Assembly (NCBI GenBank): GCA_944320405.1
Contig: CALUHI010000031.1
Location: 2,031 to 66,030 of the forward strand
DNA: 64,000 nucleotides
Direction of reading: 5' to 3'
From: an uncultured Eggerthellaceae bacterium
Lineage (GTDB): Bacteria; Actinomycetota; Coriobacteriia; Coriobacteriales; Eggerthellaceae
A program made the position numbers and the translations under genes. Shown here piece after piece: positions 10,062 to 20,789 of this stretch (positions within the stretch are counted from its first letter, which is position 1; the number at the start of each line of letters is the position of its first letter). The notes beneath the pieces were generated by a model. That model saw nothing but the letters and a program-made list of their open reading frames with translations. It was not told the DNA's origin and did not search any database.

Positions 10062-10124
10062 GTGACAGGGGACGGTCCTTCTGTCACATTATTCAGATGT
10101 GACAGAAGGACCGTCCCCTGTCAC
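10062..10124. repeat. REPIN-like palindromic element, copy 3 (loop ttattcaga, i.e. loop in reverse orientation)
   Basis: Arms at 10062-10088 and 10098-10124. Sits 23 nt upstream of the TetR start codon. Confidence 0.95.
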
Positions 10125-10147
10125 GCATTGGGGGAGCGGAGGAAGAT

Positions 10148-10702
10148 GTGGAAGACGCGCGGTTTGAGAAGAGCGCTGCCGCCATCAAGCAGGCGTTGCT
10201 GCGGCTTCTGGTGGGCAAGCGGCTCGAGGACGTGTCGATGTCGGAGCTGGCGCGCGAAGCGGACGTGAGCCGCTCGACGCTCTACTCGCATTACGGCAAC
10301 GTGCAGGACGTCTACGCTGCACTGGTTGTCGAGTTTCTTGGCGGGTTGCGCTCGCTGGAATCGCATCTGCACTGCAACGAGTGCACGGGGCAGGGAAACC
10401 GTCCGTTCTGCGTAGCGTTGCGCGAGGCGGGGCCGTATGTGCCCGTCGTGCGCGACGAACGCTTCCTGCCGATGCTGTTCGCCCTGGTCGAGCAGGGAGC
10501 GTTTCCCGGAGGCGCATCGAATATGTTCTCGGGTCTGGGTATGAGCCGCATGCAGGCCGACGCGCTCTACCGCTTCCAAATGAGCGGGTGCTACGCTGTC
10601 GCGCTTGCCGACGTCTCAACCGGCGAATGGGACGTCATCCAACGAACCCTCGACGCCTTCATCAGAGGCGGCATCAATGCCGTGAGGGTTCCGCTTGCCT
10701 GA
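10148..10702 (+). CDS. TetR/AcrR-family transcriptional regulator
   Basis: N-terminal HTH VSMSELAREADVSRSTLYSHYGNVQDVY. 184 aa, GTG start. Confidence 0.8.
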   Translation: MEDARFEKSAAAIKQALLRLLVGKRLEDVSMSELAREADVSRSTLYSHYGNVQDVYAALVVEFLGGLRSLESHLHCNECTGQGNRPFCVALREAGPYVPVVRDERFLPMLFALVEQGAFPGGASNMFSGLGMSRMQADALYRFQMSGCYAVALADVSTGEWDVIQRTLDAFIRGGINAVRVPLA

Positions 10703-10707
10703 CGGGC

Positions 10708-10782
10708 GTGACAGGGGGCGTGACAGGGGACGGTCCTTCTGTCACATTTGGATAATGTGACAGAAGGACCGTCCCCTGTCAC
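10708..10782. repeat. REPIN-like palindromic element, copy 4 (loop tttggataa), preceded by a 12-nt partial arm duplication
   Basis: Partial gtgacagggggc at 10708-10719. Full arms at 10720-10746 and 10756-10782. Lies between convergent 3' ends. Confidence 0.95.
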
Positions 10783-10817
10783 GCCCGCTTACTTATGCTC
10801 AACCCGGGAGTTGATAA

Positions 10818-12047
10818 TTAATCGTAATAGCCGCGTTCGAACGCTGCGTCGCCTTTGCCGCAGCCGCCTTGGTAGCAGGTGGGGATGAAGTCGAGCACCT
10901 TCTTGGAGATCTCGGGCTGGGTGCGCAGCTTCACCAGCATGTTGTACACGGCGGCGCCGTCGATTTCCACGATGCGCGGGTTCTTCGACTTCATGGCAAA
11001 GTACACATCCGCCGCAGAGAATCCTTCCACGCGGATCGGGTCTGCGATGGCGTCAAAGAAACGCGGCTTGGGCAGGTCGACGTAGGCGCAGAACTCGCGG
11101 TAGATGTCATCGTGTTCGGGTGCGAACAACGTTTTGCGGTAGTCGGGCCGATGCGACAGAGACGACGTTTCTTCGGTGAGCTCGGCGTCAAGCTCGTCGA
11201 AGTACTTCTGGGCGGTGTATCCGCGCTCGGCGGTGCCGTCGGCAATCATCTGCTGCTCGCGTTCGTAGGATCCCATGGCTGCTCCTTTCAACGGTTGTAT
11301 AGGCGAGAGGGGAAACCCGTTCCCCGTCATGCCGCGCCGTTCCATGATGGAGCGGCAAAGTTCCTGGAAAAGCTCCATGTCCGCTTCGCCGAATGCGAGG
11401 ACACCGCGCATCGACGCGTGCGGGCGGTTTTGCTGGAATGCGGAAAGGCGCGCCTGGTCGGACGTGCGCGCAAGCGACTGGCCGTGCTTGCGGCGTGCGG
11501 CAGCGCGCTTGCGCGGTTTGGCGGAAGGCGGAGTGCCGACGCCCGGCACGGTGCCGCCTTCTTCCTCGACCGCTTGGCGCAACGCTCGCATGGCGGTCAT
11601 GGCGCTTACCTGCGAGCCGCCCTTGCGGGCAAGCAGGCTTGCTGCAGACGCGTACGACAGCTCCGAGCCCGCCTCTGCCAGAAACGAGATCGCGCCTGGG
11701 GAGAGCTGCCGGTTGCCGGGAATGTCCAGCGCTTCGGAAAGCGGGGAAGTGGTGCCGTTGCTGCCGCGCACGCGGTGGTAGGAAAACGTGACGTCACCAA
11801 CCTCGGTGATGAGCGTGCGGCGGCGCTTGTCGTGGATGTGCGCGCCGGACGGAAGGTTCTCGCACAGCTGCGCATCGTAGCGCTCCATGGTTTGGCCGAT
11901 GGCCTGGGCCAAGATGGAATGGCCAGCGGCGAGGGCGCGCTCTTCGAACTCCTCGAACGTCATGTGCTCGCGCGCGCTGAGGATGTCCCACAAAACAGCG
12001 GCGAGGGCATCGACGGCCGCCTGCGTGCCGGTTGCTTCGTTGGGCAT
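10818..12047 (-). CDS. Chimeric protein: ISLre2/UPF0236-like transposase N-terminal region (~190 aa) joined to an unrecognised C-terminal region. It may be a domesticated or decayed transposase.
   Basis: RRRTLITEVGDVTFSYHRV...LSEALDIPGNRQLSPGAISFLAEAGSELSYASAASLL resembles the UPF0236 N-terminus. I saw no DDE-like core. Start moved to ATG 12047, behind GGGAGG. Confidence 0.5.
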   Translation of the reverse strand: MPNEATGTQAAVDALAAVLWDILSAREHMTFEEFEERALAAGHSILAQAIGQTMERYDAQLCENLPSGAHIHDKRRRTLITEVGDVTFSYHRVRGSNGTTSPLSEALDIPGNRQLSPGAISFLAEAGSELSYASAASLLARKGGSQVSAMTAMRALRQAVEEEGGTVPGVGTPPSAKPRKRAAARRKHGQSLARTSDQARLSAFQQNRPHASMRGVLAFGEADMELFQELCRSIMERRGMTGNGFPLSPIQPLKGAAMGSYEREQQMIADGTAERGYTAQKYFDELDAELTEETSSLSHRPDYRKTLFAPEHDDIYREFCAYVDLPKPRFFDAIADPIRVEGFSAADVYFAMKSKNPRIVEIDGAAVYNMLVKLRTQPEISKKVLDFIPTCYQGGCGKGDAAFERGYYD

Positions 12048-12176
12048 GGCCCCTCCCTTCAAGCAGCGCGTGAAAACGCAGATCCTTTCTTCGTATGTTC
12101 GTCTCCTGGCGGGGCTTTTGCAAGATCGGATCGGTCTGCGCCCTGCGAGAACGGCGGCTTCCCCCAAGATGTTACG
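12048..12176 (-). promoter_or_regulatory. 5' leader, copy B: a paralogous copy of the carB leader including RBS and start context
   Basis: ~75-80% identical by eye over ~130 nt to 15545-15674. The 22-nt core cggggcttttgcaagatcggat (12110-12131) is identical in both. Confidence 0.6.
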
Positions 12177-12310
12177 GCCCTTTGGCCTGGTGCAGTCCGC
12201 AAGGGGCAGCGCAGTCCATGCAGAGCGCAGAAACAGCAGTGCCCCACCAAACAAGCGGGCCGCCCCGCATGTGCGAGACGGCCCGATGAAGCGCTAGCGC
12301 TTTTAGGTGC

Positions 12311-15544
<3,234 letters not shown>

Positions 15545-15674
15545 GACGCCTCCCTTCAAACGCGATGCGTGAGAATGCGAATCTGTTCTTTGTATATTCG
15601 CCTTCCGACGGGGCTTTTGCAAGATCGGATTGGCCTGCACCCTGCGGAAACAGCGGCTTTTCCACGATGTTGCG
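15545..15674 (-). promoter_or_regulatory. carB 5' leader, copy A: a conserved, possibly structured leader
   Basis: Paralogous to 12048-12176. The identical 22-nt core lies at 15609-15630. Confidence 0.6.
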
Positions 15675-15904
15675 TTGCTTTTCGGCGCGTTGTGCGGCAC
15701 GTGCGGGATGGCGCGATGCGCGTGCAGAGCAGGAGAGGGCGCGGTAAGACGCGATGCCTTCTAACAAGCGGAACTGTTATGACACTGTGAGGACAGTCGC
15801 GCGTCATCTGCGCTACAATAGCGCTTGCGCCAAAATGCCCTGCACGGCATTTCGCGCATATCAAGGGTAAACGTACTACGGGGATTCCTGGGGGTGCAGC
15901 AAGA

Positions 15905-17257
15905 GTGCAGGTTAAAGATATCGTGAGGGAGGACGACGGCGACAGCCAGGAGCTCGTCCTCACGTTGGTCGCTTCCGCCGAGGAAGTGGACGCTGCGGCG
16001 GACAAGTTCTTCGCCGAAATCGCCAAGCGTGACATTCCGGGCTTCCGCAAGGGCAAGGCTCCGCGCGAGGTTCTGGAGAAGCAGGTTGGCGGTCACGACA
16101 ACGCCATGGCGGGCGTCACCGAGCAGTTGGTGAACGACCTTGCAATGAGCGCCATCGACGGCGCCGACGTCATCTACATTGACGAACCGAATTTCAACGT
16201 GGATGAAACGGTCGAGCTTGGCAAGCCGTTCAGCTTCACGGTTTCGGGCAAGGTAGCCCCGGTTATGAAGCTGTCGAGCTACGACCCGGTGTCCATCGAG
16301 ATGCCTCCCGAGGAGGCAACCGATGCCGAGATCGAAGAGCAGTTGGCCGAGCTTCAGGATTACTACCATCATTTCGAGGACATCGAAGATCCCGACCACG
16401 AGGCTCAGATGGGTGAGTACGTGCAGGTCGAGGTAACGGTGAGCACCAACGGCCATCTGGTGTCGGGTATGAATCAGACCCAGCGCCTGGTGGGCTTGGG
16501 CAAAGGTTCCATGCCGCCGTCGTTCGACGAGCATCTGGTGGGTGCCAAGGTTGACGACACGCTGGAGTTTGATTTCGAGGCGTTTGACGAAGAAGGCAAC
16601 CCCACGCTGGGAGACGGCAATCTGCATGCCAACGTCGTAGTCAAAGGCATTCGCCGTTACGTGGTTCCGCCTGTCGACGATGAACTTGCTCTGAAGGTGG
16701 GATGCACCGACGTTGCCGATCTGCGCAAGCAGATGCGCCAAGCCGTTAACATGCACAAGCGCGAGACGCTGCCCAAGCTGATGGTCGATCGCGCGGTCGA
16801 TGCAATGCTCGAACGCTTGGAAGGCGAAGTGCCTGCCTACTACGTTGACTTCATCCGCGAGGACGTGGGCCGCGAGTTCATGCAGTCGCTGGACAAGCAG
16901 GGCATGAACCTGCAGCAGTGGATGCTCCAGAACAAGGTTGAAGGCGACAAGATGAAGGAGCAGGTGCAGACTGAAGCTGTGCGTCGTGCCAGCATCGACT
17001 GCGCCATGGAGGCTATGTTCACCGAGCTGGGCCTGGAAGTCACCGACGCCGACATCGACAAGATATTCGAAGGCACCGATTCCGGTGAGAAGGGCCAGAA
17101 GCGCTCTGACTGGGAAGACGCAAACCGCATGGCGAACATTCGCAAGATGTGCCGTCAGCGCAAGGTCACGTCGTGGTTGGTCGACAATGCCATCGTCACC
17201 GTCGTGGACGACGAGGGTAACGTGATTGAGGAAGCCTCCGATACGGCGGCCGAATAA
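15905..17257 (+). CDS. tig: Trigger factor
   Basis: Ribosome-binding signature IPGFRKGKAPR, an FKBP-like middle domain and a C-terminal arm domain. 450 aa, GTG start. Confidence 0.9.
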   Translation: MQVKDIVREDDGDSQELVLTLVASAEEVDAAADKFFAEIAKRDIPGFRKGKAPREVLEKQVGGHDNAMAGVTEQLVNDLAMSAIDGADVIYIDEPNFNVDETVELGKPFSFTVSGKVAPVMKLSSYDPVSIEMPPEEATDAEIEEQLAELQDYYHHFEDIEDPDHEAQMGEYVQVEVTVSTNGHLVSGMNQTQRLVGLGKGSMPPSFDEHLVGAKVDDTLEFDFEAFDEEGNPTLGDGNLHANVVVKGIRRYVVPPVDDELALKVGCTDVADLRKQMRQAVNMHKRETLPKLMVDRAVDAMLERLEGEVPAYYVDFIREDVGREFMQSLDKQGMNLQQWMLQNKVEGDKMKEQVQTEAVRRASIDCAMEAMFTELGLEVTDADIDKIFEGTDSGEKGQKRSDWEDANRMANIRKMCRQRKVTSWLVDNAIVTVVDDEGNVIEEASDTAAE

Positions 17258-17267
17258 GGTATCAGTC

Positions 17268-17300
17268 CCGCCCGCTTCGCGCGGGCGGCGTGTTGTTTAG
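17268..17300 (+). terminator. Stem-loop after tig
   Basis: ccgcccgc-ttcgc-gcgggcgg followed by cgtgttgttt. Confidence 0.55.
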
Positions 17301-17318
17301 CAGATAGGAGCAAGACAA

Positions 17319-17846
17319 ATGAAGCTTGGTTCCACGGTTACCCTGACCTACACGGGCAAGCTCGACGACGGCACGGTATTCGGTTTCGCCACCGCCGACG
17401 AGCCCATGAAGTTCCAGACGGGCATGGATATGACCATCGACGGCTTCGAGGCCGCCATTCTGGAGATGAACGAGGTGGGCGAGAAGAAGACGTTTACGGT
17501 CGGCGAGTACGACGCCTACGGTGAGTACCTAGACGATTTCGTCGCGCGTGTCCCCATGGAGCAGATCCCGGTGCGTCACGAGCTGAAGGTTGGCAAGCGC
17601 ATCTGGATGTCCAACAGCAAAGACGGCGACCCCACGCCCGCCACGATCATCGAGATCGACAAGGAGCAGGGCGAGGTCGTATTCGACCTGAACCACCCGC
17701 TGGCAGGCAAGCAGCTGACCTTCGAGGTTGAGATCCTGGAGATCGAGGACGCCCCCGAGAACTTCGTGTCGGCCCGCGAAAAGGCTGAGCATCTCAAGGA
17801 GCAGGGTAAGCTTCTTGGCGGCGATCAAGGCGAGTCCTACCGATAA
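17319..17846 (+). CDS. slyD: FKBP-type peptidyl-prolyl cis-trans isomerase (SlyD-like)
   Basis: VTLTYTGKLDDGTVF...FDLNHPLAGKQLTFEVEILEI, with an insert-in-flap region. 175 aa. Confidence 0.85.
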   Translation: MKLGSTVTLTYTGKLDDGTVFGFATADEPMKFQTGMDMTIDGFEAAILEMNEVGEKKTFTVGEYDAYGEYLDDFVARVPMEQIPVRHELKVGKRIWMSNSKDGDPTPATIIEIDKEQGEVVFDLNHPLAGKQLTFEVEILEIEDAPENFVSAREKAEHLKEQGKLLGGDQGESYR

Positions 17847-17850
17847 GATG

Positions 17851-17878
17851 GTTCCGCCGGCCTGCTTGCCGGCGGAAC
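17851..17878 (+). terminator. GC-rich stem-loop after the slyD-like gene
   Basis: gttccgccggc-ctgctt-gccggcggaac (11-bp stem). The U-tract is weak. Confidence 0.45.
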
Positions 17879-17954
17879 GACGCGGTTCTGTTTAGCTTTT
17901 ATGCTCGGTCAGTTCGGCAAAAAGTAAAAAGGACCGTCGCTTTTCATATCGCAA

Positions 17955-17982
17955 AAGAAGGGAGCCCGAGGGCTCCCTTCTT
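17955..17982 (-). terminator. Stem-loop downstream of the minus-strand gene 18007-18786
   Basis: aagaagggagcc-cgag-ggctcccttctt. In the minus sense it is followed by ttgcgatatgaaaag. Confidence 0.6.
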
Positions 17983-18006
17983 CATGTTCGGGGTTGTTGC
18001 TTTGCC

Positions 18007-18786
18007 TTAGCCCAGAGAGATGAAGCTGTCGGGGAACTGCTTGTTCGCCTGCAGAACGTCGGCGGCGGTGTCGCCGTAGCGCAGCCACTCAGAGTCGGTC
18101 TCCTTGCGTTTGATCATTGCGTTCTCCATAATCTCGCGCAGAGCCTTCGTCTTGCGAGCGTACTCTTCCATGGGAGCCAGGCGGCCCTCAAGCTCGATCT
18201 GGCGACGCTTGTGCGCCTTCTCCTGAATGCTGTTGCCAGGAATGATGGCGTAGAAGTCGTCAGGCTCCAGCGTGTAGTGCGCGTGAGCGGCCCATGCTGC
18301 CAGCGCGGAGTCTTCCTTCAGGCTCTGAATGGCGCGCTCTTCGGTATCGGCGTAGAGCTTCTCTTCGGTGATGCCGCGGTCGGCGCAGAAGTCCTCAACG
18401 GACTTGCCAGCACGGTAGATCATGTCCTCCAGGCGGATCTTCGCGGCGTAAACGCACTCGTCCACCAGGTCGGCAGGAAGCTCTTCCACCAGGCGCTTGG
18501 AAAGCTCGCGGCAGATGACGTCCTGGTCGGCCAGCTGCTGGATCTCGCGGTTGTCGCGATACACGTTGTAGCGGATGAAGATGAGCAGCTCTTCGACGTT
18601 TTTGAAGTCATCGCAGTGCGCGTTCACCCAGCTGTCGGTGAGCTTTGCCGTTTCGCCTTCCTTGGCGATCTGGGACTGAAGCCAGCGCAGCGCCTGCTCG
18701 CGGATGATCTCTTCAGGAATCCTGACCTCGGGGCACACGGCGTACACCGGCTCATACGAGGTGAGGGTGAAGGTAGGGGATGCCAT
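18007..18786 (-). CDS. Hypothetical protein resembling the trigger-factor C-terminal (arm) domain
   Basis: 259-aa ORF with RBS GGAGGT. Its helical pattern (LVEELPADLVDECV...GKSVEDFCADRGITEE...ALAAWA) parallels the C-terminal part of tig in this window. Confidence 0.55.
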   Translation of the reverse strand: MASPTFTLTSYEPVYAVCPEVRIPEEIIREQALRWLQSQIAKEGETAKLTDSWVNAHCDDFKNVEELLIFIRYNVYRDNREIQQLADQDVICRELSKRLVEELPADLVDECVYAAKIRLEDMIYRAGKSVEDFCADRGITEEKLYADTEERAIQSLKEDSALAAWAAHAHYTLEPDDFYAIIPGNSIQEKAHKRRQIELEGRLAPMEEYARKTKALREIMENAMIKRKETDSEWLRYGDTAADVLQANKQFPDSFISLG

Positions 18787-19020
18787 TGTTGTTTAACCTC
18801 CATCAGGTTGGATATACGCAAAGAGACATTTTACCCGTTATGCCAAGCGAATGCAGTGCCTTTTTCGAGCTTCTCCGCATGGGGAACGCGTCCTCTGCTG
18901 TTTGCTGCGCTGTTGCCTTGAATTCCCATCCGAGCGAAATGGCCATGATGGCAACCGCGCGGGGCGCACAGGCATTCGCAACATGCATATCTATGCGGTT
19001 AGTGCGCTCGTTGTCGCATG

Positions 19021-19079
19021 ATCGTGCATAACGGGAAAGATTCGCCAGCCGCGTGCGAAAAAGTGCCGCTATGCACGAT
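19021..19079. repeat. Module 1 of a duplicated ~60-nt unit, bounded by the inverted decamer atcgtgcata / tatgcacgat
   Basis: ~70% ungapped identity (about 41 of 59 positions, hand-aligned) to 19167-19225, which lies 146 bp away. Shared blocks are cgtgcata and gcgaaaaagt.ccg..atgcacgat. Confidence 0.5.
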
Positions 19080-19166
19080 GATTTCGCAAAACAGAGGTAA
19101 TGCTTGGGCTCTGTGCGCTCAAAACACCAGGTCAGGATTGCGCGTGAATTTGATGACCTCAAAGCG

Positions 19167-19225
19167 ACCGTGCATATCGGTAAAAAGTCGCACCGAAATG
19201 GCGAAAAAGTTCCGAAATGCACGAT
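19167..19225. repeat. Module 2 of the duplicated ~60-nt unit
   Basis: See module 1. The terminal inverted repeat here is cgtgcat / atgcacg. Confidence 0.5.
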
Positions 19226-19419
19226 TGGGTTCTGTTGAGCGGGGTGTGTCTCGCTTTTGGGGCAAGACAGAGCGCACGGGCTGCAGGCCTCCCTCGCCCA
19301 TGGTGCCACGTAAGGGAGCGCTGTCTGAAGGGTCTCTGAAACCCCTATCCTGCTGGCGAAGCGAAGCGCGGCATCATTGCTCTTCTGGACAACCGTGCTC
19401 GCGCCTCCCCAACATGAAA

Positions 19420-19451
19420 CCTCCCCCTGCAGGGGACGATGCAGGGGGAGG
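19420..19451 (-). terminator. Stem-loop downstream of the amidohydrolase gene
   Basis: cctccccctgca-ggggacga-tgcagggggagg (12-bp stem). In the minus sense it is followed by tttcatgtt. Confidence 0.6.
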
Positions 19452-19506
19452 AAAGGAGGGGTGCCCGACGAATCGGGCGTTGTTTCGCGGCTGAGGGAGC
19501 CGTCGA

Positions 19507-20436
19507 TCACATGATGTTGAGCAGACGGTTGGCGTTTTTCCAGAACACGAGATCGCGCACTTCCTGGTTGCCTTCGGTGGCGATCATGACCTGTTCGATC
19601 TGCCCCTTGTAGCTTCCAAAGGGGTAGTCGGTTCCGAACAACACGCGCTCGGGGCCGAACAGCTCGATCATCAGCTCGATGTCTTCATGCGAACGGAACG
19701 AAGTGTCAACGTAGATGTTGTCAAGTCCGCGCGACAGCTCAGCAAGCAACTCGATGTTGCCGGGAGCAGTGCCGCCGCAATGCGCTGCCACCATCGTGAT
19801 CTCGGGGTGACGCATCGCGCACTGGACAAGCTGCGTCAGATCGCCGAATTCGGGCGTGGCATACTGGCTGTTGATCTCGGGATAGTAGTACATGCCCGCC
19901 CCGCAATGCGAAGTCATGGGCTTGCCCGTCTTCGCCCACCATTTGAGCGCCTCTTCGGTCAAAGGGTCGTCCAGCGCCGTTTTGTACAGGATGGGGTGCA
20001 GCTTTAGCGCATAGGCGCCATTTTCAGCATCCTCTACAAGCTTTTTGCCTGCATCCATGCCCAGGCGGAAATCCGGGCAAGTGAAGGGGATGATGCGCGG
20101 CTCCACCATGCGCGCAACCTTGTAGTCCTCGAAACTGAGTGCCGGCATGATGGGCAGGACGCAAACGTAATCCACTCCGTTTTCATCCATTTCTCGCTGC
20201 AAGTTCTCAAGCGAATTGACGCGGCAGCGCTCATGGTTGATATCGATGAATTCGCGCAGCGCCTTGTCGGAGCCTTGTTCGAAGAACGGCCCCTTGAACC
20301 CGCGATCCTCACGAATCTTGAACGGGTCGGGCATGTCTTCGGACTGGTGCATGCCCTGCTTGTAGATCACGTTTTTGGCGCTAATGAAGATGTCGCCGAG
20401 ATGCGCGTGGAAATCGATGATGGTCTGCTTCCCCAT
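19507..20436 (-). CDS. Amidohydrolase_2-family metal-dependent hydrolase/decarboxylase
   Basis: IDFHAHLG metal motif and C-terminal VLFGTDYPF. Start moved to ATG 20436, behind GGAAGGGAG. Confidence 0.8.
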   Translation of the reverse strand: MGKQTIIDFHAHLGDIFISAKNVIYKQGMHQSEDMPDPFKIREDRGFKGPFFEQGSDKALREFIDINHERCRVNSLENLQREMDENGVDYVCVLPIMPALSFEDYKVARMVEPRIIPFTCPDFRLGMDAGKKLVEDAENGAYALKLHPILYKTALDDPLTEEALKWWAKTGKPMTSHCGAGMYYYPEINSQYATPEFGDLTQLVQCAMRHPEITMVAAHCGGTAPGNIELLAELSRGLDNIYVDTSFRSHEDIELMIELFGPERVLFGTDYPFGSYKGQIEQVMIATEGNQEVRDLVFWKNANRLLNIM

Positions 20437-20679
20437 AGCGACACGCTCCCTTCCTCTCTGAGGGCCGCCATGAAGGCGGTCGATGGATAACTGCATGGGG
20501 GATGCGTTGCTCTTTCGCATGCCCACAGCACGTTTTGTGTGTTGTGGACCGGCGCGTTGCGGACAGTGTAGGGCAGCTGCCGCGCATGGGGGAAATTCCG
20601 ATTGATTCCCAGGTGGCATTGTCGGTGCATGGCGAACTGCGATGACAGTGTGGTGGTTATTCCCAATGCATCAGGCATG

Positions 20680-20694
20680 ATTCGAACTTCGAAT
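20680..20694. promoter_or_regulatory. 15-bp perfect palindrome ATTCGAACTTCGAAT containing a T-N11-A LysR-type box
   Basis: Lies in the divergent amidohydrolase/LysR intergenic region. Flanked by the direct repeat tggttattc (20654 and 20697). Confidence 0.4.
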
Positions 20695-20789
20695 AGTGGT
20701 TATTCGGTTTGCCTGGAGGTGCCGCGGCGGCACCTCCACGATGGTATGATCATTGTGCAAAGTGAACAACCAGGGGAGGGAGGTTCACT

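Noticed and set aside
6364-10782. The gene-bracketing palindromes as integron attC sites
   Set aside because: There are no GTTRRRY/RYYYAAC core sites, no intI integrase or attI, the arms are perfect rather than carrying extrahelical bases, and the bracketed genes have mixed orientation.
10792-10806. The 15-mer cttatgctcaacccg is shared with 59981-59995, each time just after a structured element
   Set aside because: About 4 exact 15-mer matches are expected by chance between two strands of a 64-kb window, so this is not significant on its own.
12048-12176. Assigning the duplicated carB leader to a named riboswitch class (PyrR site, ykkC/PRPP/guanidine, c-di-GMP-I, glycine)
   Set aside because: I saw only vague resemblances (…CAAAAGCCCCG…) and could not reproduce any class consensus or a convincing conserved fold by hand. 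It is left as an unclassified leader.
19121-19140. caccaggtcagga resembles the SRP (4.5S) RNA conserved region
   Set aside because: The rest of the SRP domain IV consensus (…GGAAGGAAGCAGCC…) and a closing helix are absent.
18803-19510. ORFs of 235 aa (minus) and 158 aa (plus, 19018-19494) filling the 720-bp gap
   Set aside because: They have no RBS, a composition rich in Cys/Arg/Ser with no motifs, and they overlap each other and the terminator hairpins. The region is treated as non-coding.
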